The notes below the pieces were generated by a model. The model ran no database searches. It was not told the origin of the DNA and saw nothing but the letters and a program-made list of their open reading frames with translations. This document shows positions 25,301 through 41,200 of a DNA stretch of 64,000 nt, piece by piece. The position numbers and the translations under genes were made by a program. Source of the DNA: the human T2T-CHM13v2.0 reference genome, Homo sapiens; the NCBI RefSeq assembly GCF_009914755.1, contig NC_060927.1; one strand, 5' to 3'. Within the stretch, counting starts at the first letter, position 1; every line of letters begins with the position of its first letter.

Positions 25301-28300
25301 ATCTAGTCTAAAACACTTATATAAAGTGTTTTTGTTCATTTTTCAAGGTTACAATATATTGAAAAAATTATCAATAATATTAATTTCTTAATATTGAATC
25401 ACTCTTGCATATTTTAAGTAAACTCAGCTTAATTATATTAAAGCAATGGTACTTTAATACATTGATGAATTCAGATTATTTCTTTAGTACCTGGTCAAGA
25501 ACTGAATAATAGTTTTTTAGTAGATTAACTTTGTTTTCCTAGACAGAAAATACAATTATCGATCAATAAAAAGTATTGCTCTTCATTCTTTATATTCTTT
25601 ATTTTCATAAATAATGTCATTAGCGTGACCCTTTAGAAATGTTACAAAATAGTAGCTATAATAGTGTTGGTTTCTTTATCATTCACTTTAGTAGAAATGC
25701 CTTCACGTTCATTAATATTTTATTTAATTTTTTACGACAATTCATACGTAAGATTGTGCGATAGTGTTTTTGAACTATACTCCTTATATTTTATCAGTTT
25801 AGCTTTGGAGTGATGATTTAATTCATAAAATAACATCTCAAGGAGTTTAACTAGATGAAAACATCTGTTTCTTGAAGATTTGGAAGAACAAACTTGTAAA
25901 TCTGAGTCCAGTGCCTTATGGAGTGGTTTTTCGAGTAAATTTCTCCCATTAAGCCTTGTTTGTTGTTGTTGCTGTTGTTAATCTCTTATTAGATTTAGGG
26001 TACCTATATTTTGCTACAAATATGGTCCACTTTACCACAATCCTCACATGTATTTAGTATGTGCATGGTATTCCTCCCGAGGAATGAGGACACTACAGGG
26101 ATGAGTAAGTGCCTCTTCCCTAGAACACAAAAAGAAGGTCCCATCTGCTGTCCTCTTCTTGGGAAGGTTATCTCACTGCTGTTCATGTATTTTCATTTGA
26201 TAGCAATAGCTGAGGCAGCAAGAAAAAAGAAAGTAATATTGCACGAAATACAAAAAACAGGTAGCACCCCAGTGGAGGGCCCTACAACCAAAATTAGGAC
26301 TAGTGGTAAAAGGTAGCATTGTTAGGCTAGACTTGAAATTGATTGATTGCAAAAGAACATTCACGTTTTAACTGACATATTTATTCCTTTGAGGTCTATT
26401 TTCCTTTAGTTTACTTGACATTCCACAATCCTAGCACTTAGGCACCAAATAAGTGCTTGTCTTTAAGGGCTTCTGCTGCATTTGGTCATATTTCAGAACC
26501 TATAATTTGACAAGCAACTTGCTTCTGAGTAGGTTTAATCATGGTGTCTATTTCATTATATAATAAAAGCAGTGATTTAATTATGTTTGCAATTCTTGTA
26601 AGATCTGTATTAACAGTAAGAGTGAGTACTGTTGCTTCTATTTCCCTCTCCTTTCTGTTGATGCATATTTTTTTTTAATTACTGGTAAAAGAAACCTGAC
26701 AACTTGGAGCACAAGGCCCTTTAAGAGTTGCCACAACAGTATCTCTGGGTATCTGAGCCCTGAGTAATCAGCAGACTGAGTACATTGTAGGCTTTTCTCC
26801 AGGTATGGAAAACCTGAAAGTGACTAGATATTGAATGGAAAGAAACATTTTGAATCAAGTCCTAAGGGCTGAGGTTACCCTGGGTGAGTGTAAGTGCTAA
26901 GGGAACCCACCTCTGCGTATGTGAAAACTGTGGGTTCTCTGAGCCCCCAAATACTGTCCTCAAAATCTGAATACACTGGTTAACCAGAAAAGACAAAGTG
27001 CCACATATAGGTGCCATACATACACAGCAGCATATGCTACTGGGCCTTGGGTTAAGGGCAGTACACATGCTTACCATCTCAATTTATTTAACATTTACTT
27101 GAATACAAGCAGCATTTAACACCTATACTACTCTATTTATTCCCTTCAAACTTAGTCCATTATATGATAAAATGCACTGCTAATGTACCTTCTGATAATG
27201 ACAGAAAAATATCGCTAGGAAGGAGAAGCCCAAAATTCAATTTTGAATTATAATTTAAACAAATCCTGTGGCAGGAAATCCCAGGGGTTAATACAGACAA
27301 GCAAGGATTCTGATTTTCCTAACCAAGAAATGACTGCTTATATAGGGGGACATGTCAACATATTCTTGCCAAATTAATAAATACAGAAATAAAAGTACAT
27401 CTTTCTTTTTATCCAATTAAGATAAATTTATTTTATTTTAGCTAACATTTTGATATGATAATTGCAGCTAGAAGATAAGTAACAGACCAGACAGGGGAAT
27501 CATTTCAGAAAAGCAGTTATTTTCTTAACTAGCAAAATAGTTCTGGAATTTTTGCTAGCTAGTTCCAAAGCAAATTTAACAAAGATCATGTTTATTAAAT
27601 GTCCCTTTGGTTTATCCTAGATTACTTTTCAAGATCTACTACTTTACTATCCTTATTATTTCCTCTTCACCATGTTTTCCCTCATTTTAAATTCTCCATT
27701 GAGACTGCTTACCAAGTCGATTTTCCCCAAACTCTCATTTTATAAATAAAAAAATAGTATATTCAATAACCCTAGAACAAATATAATTTATAAAAAAATA
27801 ATTTGCAGTGCCAGCTCTTTGGAGGGATTTTTTTTCCCCTCCTCTGTGTATGTGTCTAATAAGAGAATGTGTATCAGGAGGGGGATATACCATTTGGGTT
27901 CTCAGATTGCTTACCCTATTTAGCATTATTTTTTTTAAGTTGCAATTAGTATTAACCTTAAGAAATGAATGAAAGTTGACAATGAATGAAAAAGTTAATG
28001 TTAGTACTGTAATTAGCAAGGGTCTGATCTTGCAGGCATGGTTTTACGACTGCAGTCTTTGGAGAACATGCAAGTCTTCAGCCTGTCTGCCTGGAGCTTT
28101 GCATACAATGTGATAGAAGTGTTTCAGTGGAGAAAGGTTGAATTGCCCTCCTCTTGCTGCTATCCCATGATGATGGATATGGAAGGAAATGATATGAAGT
28201 CTGAGCTTCATTCAACCTAGCAGACATAGTCCATCTTTTCCCCAGACAAGTGAGAATAGAAAACCATAAAAGTTTAAATGGGTAGCAGAAGTAGGCATAA

Positions 28301-28649
28301 TGTAATTGAAATGATGTTGTTATCTCACTAGAAAAAATGGGACTATTAGGTTGAAGAAGGGAAGTTCTAGAAATGTTGCTCGAAAACAGTATTCTTCCTC
28401 TTTCTAGGAGTAGCAACATGAGTTTCTCTTTGTGCAATTTGTCTACCATTTGCCCAGAGGTCACTTTTCTCCTTACAGTCAATCGTTTCTCTGAGTGACA
28501 CAGAAAACAAAATAATTTTAGAGAAAGTTCTGCAAATGAAGTTGAAAGAAAAAAATACAAAAGACTGGGAATAAATAATGTAATTAATATTGGTTCTGAG
28601 GTAAATGTGAAAACAAAATTTTACAATTGAAAATATATTTAAAACTAAC

Positions 28650-29769
28650 AACATTGAGCATTGGTAATGGTGTCAAGAAATGATATATCTCATATACTGC
28701 TTGTAAGCATGTAAATTGTTATGTTCATGAAGGGCCATTTGTCAAGGCTAGAAATGTAAAGTGTTAAAGATGAGAATGCTCATTGACCCTATAATTACAG
28801 TACAAAACAATCTACCATAAGGAAACAGACATGAGTAAAATAATGTATATAAAATATACAGATTTTTAAAAATAATATTACCTACAATTTTTTAAAAAAG
28901 AACCAAACTAAATAACCAATAATGCAAGCTAAACAAAAGAAATTATGCGATTGATACAAAGGGATGCTATGAATTATATTTAACAAATGTTGTTGAAATA
29001 CAGAGAAAATTATAAAAAGTAAAAATAAAATTATAGTGTGGGAAAAACTTTCTAATTACATCACAAAGTAATTTTCACTACATTAAAATGTAAAAGTTTT
29101 GCCTGCAGAAATAGAAAGGAACGTTAAGAAAAGTATGACAATCTGGGAAAGACTAATTGTAACACATATGACATGCAAAAGATTATTTTAATTGCTATGT
29201 AAAGAGCTCTTTTAAATCAACAATAAAACAATAAATATCCAACAGCAAAATGAGATAAGTTCTAAACAGGCAATTTTTAAAGAAATGCCAGTGAACAGTA
29301 AGGATTCTCCATCTTAATCATGGTGTTAATCATGGTGTTTAAATTCCAGTTAAAACAATAATGAAGTACATCATCTTGTTCACTTATCATTGGTGGAGAT
29401 TTTTTTTTAAGTAGTAGTATACAGCGTGGTGAGCGTGAAAGAATATAGTTACATTCTATCTTTCTGGGTATGGAAAATGGTAACATATATGGAGATCTAT
29501 GGGAAAATAGCTGTAAAAAAATTAAATGCATTTATATTTTCACCTCACAATTGCACTTCTGATATTTATCTTTCAGATATACTAGGACATATTTGACATT
29601 TGTATACATGTGTATACAAGTATCCACTGCAACATAGTTGGTAAAGCTAAAGATTGAAAATAAGCACATGGTATACTTAGGTAAATTGTAGTACATCCTT
29701 TCAATGGGACGCTATATGGTTATCAAAAGGAATGAGGTAGATCTATATTGTTCATGTTGAAGGATATCT
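28650..29769 (+). mobile_element. Highly diverged L1ME-like fragments
   Basis: Decayed L1 3' motifs such as 'ctcatatactgcttgtaagcatgtaaattg', 'ctgggaaagactaattgtaacacatatgac', 'gtacatcctttcaatgggacgctat'. Confidence 0.65.
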
Positions 29770-29775
29770 AAATAA

Positions 29776-30100
<325 letters not shown>

Positions 30101-30655
30101 AAATAAGTGCATTATTAATGGAAAAAAAGTCCAAAACCTTGTTTACGTACGTTCGCATTTGTGTTAAGACATGAAGCCTCTGGAAGATACACCAAAAAAG
30201 ACCCTAAGATGGAAAGATGATGAACTCTTCATTCTATATAATTTTGTTCTATGTAATTTTTCTACCATGAGTATGAATGTATTTTTAACATAAAGTTTTA
30301 TATTATTATCAATAACACATAAATACATGACAAAATATACTTGTGTATTTATTAAGCCACGTTTAAATATAGTTCTCTTTTCTTAAGCTGTATATTAAAT
30401 ATTATTTCGTTACATATTGTATTTTATATCATATTATATGCTTAAGTATAGAAAAATTGAGACAGACACACCAAATACTAATAATGATTAAAATCTTTGG
30501 TGCAGTTATATCTGAATTATTTTGTTTGTGGGCTGTTTATATTTTAAGTTTTTAAAAATAATTTTATAATCATATAAACATTTATATAGAAAAATTGGGT
30601 GTTTCATAACTAGTTGCAATGCTAAAAATTAAATTTTTTGACACTTTAATGTTAA

Positions 30656-30974
<319 letters not shown>

Positions 30975-33182
30975 AGGAAATTTCTAAAAATTATATACTT
31001 AAAGATTCTGTTCCATTATTGTGTATTATTTCCAATCTTTGTGTATAGGTTAATTCCCTTTGCTTCTCTTCTAATACTATTTTTTTCTTTTTCGCTCCTT
31101 TTCAATTTTTCCTTAAATTTGTTTGCTTTGTAAAATTTCTCTATTACTTTACTTTTTAAAACGATTTTCATTCTCCTTTATTTTTCTATATTTAAAAAAT
31201 ATTATTTATGAGTTCATTTTTAAAATTTTTCTTTGGAGAGTTCTAGCAGATCACATTTTATTTTATTTTATTTCATGTTATTTCCATTTTGTCCCTGAAT
31301 TTTTGCATTTCTGCTTTGAGGTCTTCCTTCATTACAAAAATAAAACTGGACAATTATTTCTTACATTTTTTAAAGCAGAGTTGCAACATTTTCTGATAAG
31401 TATCCTTCATCTACTGGAAACTTATGCCACTTATTTATTTTATTTTATTTTTATGGTGATTTTTAAATCCAAGCTCTAATATTGATTTTTTTTATAAATC
31501 CATTGTTAAATTAGTTGGGTTTTCCTGGACCAGTTATTTGCAAGAGTTTCCTTTGGTCAGAAAGGCATTTTAGTAGTATTCCAGCTACTTGATTTTCATA
31601 CTGCAAATCTAGATTTTTCTTGATTACCCCAAATTCTACGTCTCTGTGATTCTTCATATAACCCCACTTTCTCTGTTTCTATAAAACAAACCCAGTCCAG
31701 GATTCCTGCTGCTAGCAGTTCACCTCTGTTCCTGTTCCTGCTGTTCAAGAAAATATATAGATATTTCACCTTTGGTTGTGCCTCTCATCTTCCGAAAGGT
31801 ACATTTGCTACTGCTTCTGAAATCTGCTGTGGCTGAGCCCTCTTGCCAAGTGCTTTCTCTGCTGCTTTTCTTCTCTTCTTCTTCTTCCCATGAAGCTCTT
31901 TTATTAGGGTTCTGGGCAGTCATATGTCTACTTTGCAGTATGTAGGCTATGGTTGCATCCATATTCTACAGCTTTTGAGTTTCAGTCTTTCATTATCCCT
32001 ATTGCTTTAGGATAAGTGTAAGAAAAAGTCCTTACAGTGAGCTGCATAATTAGAAAAAAAAATGAAGTTAAATCTGTTAGTTGATTCATTTGTGCTTTCA
32101 TTCTTAGGATACAGAAGTTTAGAAAACATTTTTATATCTCCCTGTTACACTCAGCTATATTTTCTTCTGGTACATCTTTAGAATCACTTTTTGATATAAA
32201 TTTTTAATTCATCAAGTATTTATGTGAAACAAGATGTAATATTTTTTGCAAACAGCTACCTAGTGTTGCCAGCAACCTTCAATAAATAATTTGCTATTTC
32301 AACAACAGAAATGTCCTGTTCATCAAATATTAAATTGTTGTATGTAATTGGGTAAATTTATTAACTTACTTTATTAACCTATTTTGTTACCTATGTGACA
32401 ACATATTAATTATTTAGTTTTATAAAACATTTAAAATCTATCATAGAGAAACTTTCCTTTTTTCTTTTCAAAATCACATTTTCAGATTTTCAAAATTGAG
32501 ATCATTATTGGAATTGCAATAAACTAATATGCTAATGTAAACATAACTGACTTAAAAATGATTGAGTAAGCTTTAATACTCACCACCAATCTTTTCTAGC
32601 CAAGTTCATCTCAGGCAGCTAGGTCACCGTTTGGTTAATGTATCTTCAGGAAGATGCATGCTCTCTCAGACCCTGCATACTTAGCAATGTGTACATGGGT
32701 TTTACTAACAACCTGGCTTGCTATAGATTTATTGAGTAACAAAAATTTCTTCTCAAAAGATAGAAAGCAATCTCTGTTAACTTCTTGCACTCAAAATAAT
32801 GAAAGAGACGTCTTAGTTAGACTCAAAGTTTCTTTATTTGTATGTAGCCTATTTTTTTCCCTGCTGACACTGCTATTTTATGGTAACTTCATTTAATATG
32901 ATTCTATTAGTGCTGAATTCATGGAAGTTTGATTCAATTAGTGCTGAATTTATGAAAGTTTTATCAAAATTTCTTCACCAGTCCCCAAAACTTGCGCTGA
33001 TTTAACGCTATCTTTAGAGCCTATTGTTTATATTGGTGGTGAAGTGAGCAAGAACCAGTTAAACGCCTGTGTTCATAATGTCATCCTGCCTGATATCTAT
33101 AAATTTATTCAAATGAGGCTGCTAAACCTCAAAACATTTACGTAACTTCTAATTTAGAGTAACCTTCTGTTATGATAGTTGA

Positions 33183-33502
<320 letters not shown>

Positions 33503-34899
33503 AGTAAGTTTTTTTCTGAACAACTCTAAGTTATCCAATTTTAATAAGAAACCAAAAAACTTGGTGCAGAACCCAGGAAATCACATTTTAGCCTAGACAA
33601 AGGGGTTTATGATTAAAATGTCTGGAGAATTTCTTGTTTGACCAATAACCTTATTTTGAAGTTCATTCCAAAAGATGATTCCCAAGTTTTTTAAATTGCT
33701 GGAATCATTATTGGAGTAAACATATACTAGCTCAAGGTTATCTTTACAAATAGCAGTTATGGGAGTTTTTAATGTTCAAATGTGCAGATAAAACCAACCT
33801 CCATACTTTATAGTCACATCACAGGTAAAACTATATAGAGAATGAATTATTTAATACTTATTGAATCAGATTATTCCAGTTCATACACTATTCACTGTTT
33901 CAGCGAAATGAATAGAACTCTAGTTGCCCAAAAGAGTTATTCAGCTTCTAAAAGTGCTTGGCTTCCTCCCAGAAAGTAGTTTACATAGTGACACTTTATG
34001 AGTGATAAAGTGATATGAAGAGGTACTTACATACCTACAAGAGCATACATCTGCTAATAACTGGAATTGCCCTAAGAGCCAGCAGCAACTTCTTTTGAAT
34101 CCCTTCAATAGTGGCAAATCATGTTTTTAGGGTAGAGGTGCTTTTGGTCTAATCAACTAAGAATTGTCCAGTGGTATTTTATCCATTTTAAAACTCACAG
34201 AAAATCTTCTGGTAACCAAAAGTAAATTTATTTTGTAGCAAAGTGTACTTGGTGACTTAATGTCATTATTAAAAATGAAAATTAAGAAACCGTAGATATT
34301 TTAGAATATAGAATGAATAATTGTTTGTGTTTAGATTTCCAAAGCATGATACAATATTTTAAATTGAGGCCCAAAAATAAAAAAATAAAAAATGAATATT
34401 TACCTGTATTTTGTATAATAGTGAGTTTTAATATCTTTTGAACATGTAACTATAATCAGCCACATTTAATATATAATTTAACTAAAGACAATTATGAAGA
34501 ATACATATTCATGTTTAAATTTAACTCCTTTTTACTTTTTTGATTGGTTTACTAGAAATTATATCTTTTCTCTTCTGCACAATTATGCTGTACCTACTAA
34601 CTCCTACTACTGAGATCTTGATTTTTCCATTACCAGCATTAATTTAAAGATCCTTTTAACTATTTCTCTCAACTGGCTCTTGTTTTTCTATATTTAGGCA
34701 TGTATAGCTATACCCTATATATAGTTACAGTTTTCACTTGACTCACTACCCTGAATGCTATTGCCCTAGTCTCCTTTGGGAATATAGATGGATAGGCAAT
34801 AGATAAATCATTCTGAGTCTTGTATGCTATATTAAATATTTTAGTCATTATTCTTAGAATAATTAAAGCACTTAAATTAAGAAAGAGGAGGTGTTGAGA

Positions 34900-35580
34900 G
34901 TGGAAGAAGTTTTATGATGAGTCTTGAATTTTGAACAAATCTTCCTATAGTATAGAGAATGAATTTGGTGGCAGGAATAGTGGTTTGAGAAATATTTATA
35001 AACTAAAAGTGACAGGAGTTAGTGATGGATTAAGGTGACTCAGGTTTCTGGCTCAGGAAACTGCATAGGTGTATCTGTTTCTGAAATGGGTACTCTAAGT
35101 ATTTTGGAGGAAGGCTTCTGGAACATGTCATGAGTTAGAAGCACTTTGGAGACAGCTAGGTGGAGCTGCCAAGCAGGTAGCTGAGTTTATGGGCCTGAGA
35201 CTAAAAGATAAAGCCTGGGATTGAAACAAACATTTGGGATTTATTTGGGATTAGTTAATCAATTAAACTATAGACATGGATAAGATTGCATGGGAAGATA
35301 TTATAAAATGTGAGAATAAGGCCTAAGACCAAGCTTGGAATAATTATACAGTGAAGGGCAATATGGGAGAAAAAGTCTGTAACAGAAACTTATAAATAGC
35401 CAAACAGGAAAATAAAACTGTATTGTAAATCAAGCCTAGGGAAAATAATTTTCTAAAGATAAAGTGGTCAACAGTGCCAAATCTGGCTGAGAGTTGAAGT
35501 AAAGTAAAAAATGTTCATCGAATTTAGGAACATGGAGGTCCCTGTGGATCTCAGCCATAATTATTTTGGTAGAGAAATAG
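34900..35580 (-). mobile_element. L2 fragment
   Basis: 'aaggtgactcaggtttctggctcagg...ggtggagctgccaagcaggtagctgag...catggataagattgcatggg...gtggtcaacagtgccaaat' is typical antisense L2. Confidence 0.75.
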
Positions 35581-36269
35581 AATCTTTCTGAACATCCACT
35601 TTTTCTTTAATTCCTGTAGATGCGCTTAAATCACTATACAAAAATTATATTCATATGGGTCAACAATGACCTACTGTTGCTATCTTTAGTCTTCTTTCTC
35701 CTTGAACTCTGTTGATGATGTTGATTACCCTTCCTTCCTTGGTTATTATTTCTCTTTAGTGCCATAGCTCACTTCCTACTCTTCCTCCCTGGGTTCTTTT
35801 CTGGTTCCCACCTAGTGTTTGCTTCTCTATTTGGTTCTCTCTTCCACTTGTCTCTTTTTCAATTTTGCTTTGTATTTGTGACGATACCTTTCAGACCAGA
35901 AAACTGCTTATAGTAATACTGTCACTGCAGGAGGGGCACGCGTAAGTGGCAGGGCAGCCAATTTGATAATGTTCTGTGAAACATTCTGGAAGTTCTTATT
36001 TTACCCTGCAGGAAACAATTTTTTTATTGTATTTCTCATTAGTAAATAATTTACAGAAGAAACTGTAGAATGTCAGTTGTTCTTATAAAAATATTAACAC
36101 CAGAGTCCAACTTTGAAAAGGCCCAGAGCATTCCAACAGACCAAGATAATCTACAAATTAGAACCACTGATTTGGGAAAAACTTTCCTTCAGATTTTCAA
36201 TCATATGATGATAACAGCAAAGTTCAAAAGGAGATGTAATTTTGTAAATTCAAGGGAATATGAACACAG

Positions 36270-36500
36270 TGATATTGAGCTCCTAATCTATGGCAGATAT
36301 TGTGCCAGCTATTCCATGTGTTTTCCAATGTAATCTTCACAAATCCTTTTTTAGGTAAATTTTATTATCCCTATTTTGTTTCAAGTCAGGAAATTGAAAC
36401 TGTTTAATCACTTTAACTGGAGATATAAAGCTAATAAATGATAGAAACCGGATTCAAATTTAGGTTACTAAGCTTCTAATTACATGCTTTTCTCACTCTT
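36270..36500 (-). mobile_element. MIR
   Basis: 'tattgagctcc...taatcttcacaa...taggtaaattttattatccctatttt...ggaaattgaaact...ggattcaaatttagg'. Confidence 0.75.
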
Positions 36501-37455
36501 ATAACTAGTAGCATTTTTCAAAGTTGCACAATATCCCCGAAGAAAAGTTGTCATCACATTCAGATTTTGATACTTTATTCAAGAATTACATTATTTAAAA
36601 TTTCCATGGATTGCAATTTTAAGTAACTTGATTTTGTCATATTTGGTAACCTGGTATCTGTGTATACTTTGAAATGAAAATTTATGACTTCCTTTTGAGA
36701 ACACAACTAACCATGGGGTTCACTGAGCTTCAAATACAATAAAGTCATGCATTACACTGTAGATCTGAAATCACAATGCAAATTATCTTTTCTACCCACC
36801 AAATTCTAATCATCACTTTTTAACTTTTCAATTTCATTAATGACAGACCCTCTAAAGACAAACCCTCCTGTTGAGTCGTTAGAGTAGTTTGTGCATATAT
36901 AGTAATTAATAATATGGCCCTTTAAAATACAGCACATAAAAGAAAGGCTCATGATGTTAAGTTTTTTATTTCAGGATGCTTTTGTTAAATCCAGATTCTG
37001 TACAAAAGGGAATCATTATTATTATGTCAAAGATTATTCTCAAAAAAAAAAAAAAAAAAAAAAACAAGACAAATTCAGCTTACCTCCTTCACTAAGTTGG
37101 ATGGGGAGGTACAAAACATGCCCAAACAGGTATGATTATTTTGGAGTTTTGAGTTCACTTAGATTGCCATATTGAGCTGATCCTCTTTGAATCTTCACAC
37201 CAAGATTTTCAATTGTGATTATAAATGTGATTTTATGTTAAAAATTAAAACAAAAGAGACATAAACTTATATTGCTTTAGAAAAGACAGTAGGTGAAAAT
37301 TAGGACTTTAAAAATTTTTCTCATAGGCTGTTGCCATTGTTTCAAAACTTTGATGACTCCTGAAGTAAAACATATTTTATATTTCCCATATTTGATAGAA
37401 AATAAGTGTTTCCTGAAACATACCAAATACTGAATTTAATATAGTTCATTTTTTT

Positions 37456-37779
<324 letters not shown>

Positions 37780-40044
37780 TATTCTTTTTTGTTTTAAAAT
37801 TTAAAATGATAGGCTAAATACCGACTTCATAAACAATGCTTCCTATGTGAATGAAATCTATATTACATTCCTGATTCTAATACTGTTTTGATAGCAATAG
37901 GTCATTTAATTATTTCTTGTTTTGGAATTTCAAATAATTCATCATTTTTTGGTTACAGGCATAGATATCACTGAATGTTGTGTGATACATGCTGTTTCCT
38001 TAGTGATAAACATTATGTGTTTAAAATATACTGTAAATTATTAGGAAAGTGTTTAAAATATCCTTTGTTTTCATTTCTGCCATTTTAAAGTGAAACTAAA
38101 TCTTTCAGGTTAAGGAATGGTTTTACATTTTAGGCCTACTACAATTTATGACTTCACCTCACTTCTTTGTTTTGCTTTCCTGTTCCTCAGTTACTTTAAG
38201 GAATGTGAATCTCAGTAAGTTACATTTATTTTGAAATAAAAATATAGTTCAAAACAAGTTCCGTTGCCAGTGGAATTTTTCTAAAGGTGTCTGTATTTTT
38301 TTAAGAAGCTGTGATTTATTTACACATTCCCTCTCTGTAAGCCACTCTGTTCTATCATAATAAAACCTACAAATAAAGGATCTGCTCTATGGAGCAATGT
38401 TGATGTAATATTAAGAGTACAAACACAGTAACTGTTTATCAAGAGAGTTTCCAAAGATTATTTCATCAAAGTAAAAATATAACACTTAATAGCTTTACTA
38501 TTATGCACTTGAAACTTTGAAAATATTTATGAGAAATTACAATAATACACATTTTCTTTTATAACTAGTTAAGTATTGCTGTATTTATATCAGTCAGAAA
38601 AACTAATAATTTTTATTGTACATGATAATGAACTTGAAAAATAACCTGTCTTTTTACCTAAGCCTAAACATAATTATTTTTCAATTGAGTTGGCTTCTTA
38701 AATGATCCAGAATATTGTCATTTATCTGGAAGTTTGAATTTTATTTTCAGAATTTGGAGAGAAAATCATAGAGCCAATTTCTCTCTCAAGTGTAAGTCAA
38801 ATAGACATAACAATATATATATGTATATATGTCTGCATTTAAGATATGAATAGTATAATATACTTTTTATTTTAACAAGAAAATTAATCTCTACTGTTTT
38901 TAATTTGGGGAATATGAAAAGTAATTTTTTCAGAGTTATTTATAAATACAATTTTCAGCTCAACAAGTTTAAATAATCATTTGTCTTTTTATGTCGATTA
39001 ACACAACCAAGCTGATTTGGTTTTGCTGACTAAATTTATATCATTTTTCATGTAGCATTTGCACAAACATATTAGAAAAATCAAGGACTAGGTAGTGAGT
39101 AAAGGGACAAGTATATAAAATCTTCCATATTAACATAAACCATAGCAGAAATGTTAAAATATAAGTGAAATCTATTTTACAAAGTTTGTTTGGGGAGGTA
39201 CAAAGTTTTAAATAGCCAAGATAAAATATCAACAAGGAGAAGCTGAGAACAAATATAACATTCAAAATCACCTGCATAAATATCTGGAATATAGTAAGTA
39301 CTAAATAAAGTTTGTAAAACAATTGAAAGAATACACATTAATAATTAGAAAAAAAATTCATATGTATTTCGAATATAGAGTAAGTAGGTATCGTTTTAAC
39401 ATGTTTGCATTTTGAGAGTTTCAATGAAGGAGATTTACTTCATTTAATTTACTTAACTTTGGTTTAATTGATTTTACAGAGAATTCCTTATGGTGGCAAT
39501 GATTCCCCAGGGTGCCAATTTTGAATCATGCTATGCTTAATTTTTAAAAAATCAACTAGCTTAGGCAAATGCATGAGTCTAGGAAGAAAAATATCTAAAT
39601 ATTTCCTTCAGAGTGGTATCTAAATGCTGTGACTTTTTATTGCTGATTTAAAACTAGGCACTTAAAAAACAGTTTTAGTATACTGCTGATAGCCTTTTTA
39701 TCTCATAAAATCATTAAAGGTATAGTTTCAATTATTAATTAAGACAACACTGAGCACAGTTTATTGACATTGAAACATATTCTGACAGATTATACTGACT
39801 AAAACGTAATGTTTTCCAGTTTGGGTTGTGTTTAATAATGGGTTTCTTGTTTGTTTGTGTTGGTAGTCTTATCTACTTTCTTCATTTGACTCAGCCAAAA
39901 GCAATAATTCATCATATTGTGTGCAAAGAAACTTGGGTAAAACAATAGTGATAACAAATAAATATGTTTTATAGTTTAAAGAGTTTTCTTTAAAAACAAA
40001 AGGTATAGGGTCTTTCACAAACATTACTTAATTTGTCTCATATA

Positions 40045-40815
40045 CACTGGTGAATTAGAGCTGGTGCCTCTTGGCCTAGAAAACATGATTGTTAAATTTT
40101 CAGGAAAGTTGCAAGCTGAGTTACTGAACACAACCATTGTTTTTATAAAAGCAAAGAAATTATAAATACTTATCATGAAATAAATTTTACTAAAAACAAA
40201 GATAATACTGAAAACTCACTAATTCTTAATTATTATCCTATATTTCACTAATATCTATGCTTTTGAAGTTTTTTACAATTATCAAATCTGTATGGTAGAA
40301 ATAATATATAAAATAATATGATATGATAAAGTAAATTATATGAAATCAATCATTTTCCTTGAAACTCGCAGAATGCAAATATATTAAAACTATAACAACT
40401 TATTCTATATTAAAAAATAGAAATATTTTTTCTAATTACTAATGTGTATTCTTTCAATTGATCTACAAACTTTATTGAGTACCTACTATATTCCAGATAT
40501 TTATACTAGGTGATGTTGAATATAACATTTGTTCTCAGCTTCTTCTTATTATTATTTTATCTTGGCTATTTAAAACTTTGTACCTCCCCAGCAAACTTTA
40601 TAAAAGAGATTTCACTTGTACTTTCTACTTTTCTACTATGGTTTATCTTAATAAAATGGATTTTATTTGTATCATATATAATATAAAGATGTGCAACCAT
40701 GCATCTCTGCCCAGCTGGTGTTGGCAGCTTGAAATTGGCCATGGTGAGAGGATTTACCACAAATGTCAGAAAATACTACAAATCAGAGAGTTGTAGGCAT
40801 TTACTGGCATAACAT
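40045..40815. mobile_element. MER63-like hAT-Blackjack element in two pieces (about 40045-40310 and 40650-40815)
   Basis: 'gattgttaaattttcaggaaagttgcaagc...tatctatgcttttgaagtt...tctgtatggtagaaata' and 'gttggcagcttgaaattggccatggtg...ctacaaatcag' match the recalled MER63 consensus. Confidence 0.75.
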
Positions 40816-40819
40816 AGAT

Positions 40820-41200
40820 CTCACAGTCCACTCAAAGATATAGAATATTTTATAGAAGTGGAAATTTAAGCTCAGAGAAATTAATTGAATTGTCCTATGC
40901 TACTTATCTTATAAGGGTTACAATCAACATGTTCCCCTGACTCTATGCCAATATTTTTTTCTGTGACACTTTTTGGCTAGAAATACCAACAACATCACAA
41001 AGGCCAACTTTACTGAGGCATTCCTGAGTGTCAGGTTCTCTGATAAATACTTAAGGTACCTTATCTTGTCACAGAATAACTGTAACCTTTATCGTCATTT
41101 TACATACGAATGAAATATGTTGTTAAGAATTTACTTTCTTTTTCCAGAGTCAGGATTTGAACTCAGACCTCTCTGAGTCTGAAGCCAAAACTCTACTCAT
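40820..41200 (-). mobile_element. Two adjacent MIR fragments
   Basis: 'ttttatagaagtggaaatttaagctcagagaaattaattgaattgtcc' and 'cagagtcaggatttgaactcagacctctctgagtctgaagcc'. Confidence 0.7.

Noticed and set aside
28078-28560. Longest ORF (160 aa, minus strand)
   Set aside because: Non-ATG start, L/F/S-rich composition typical of random AT-rich DNA, and no recognisable motif.
37042-37063. Isolated poly(A) run as the tail of a processed pseudogene
   Set aside because: No convincing TSD or recognisable retrocopy body upstream.
38740-38797. Possible 41-nt + strand exon (ttttcag ... gtaagt)
   Set aside because: Length is not a multiple of 3, donor exonic context is weak, and such motifs are frequent in AT-rich DNA.
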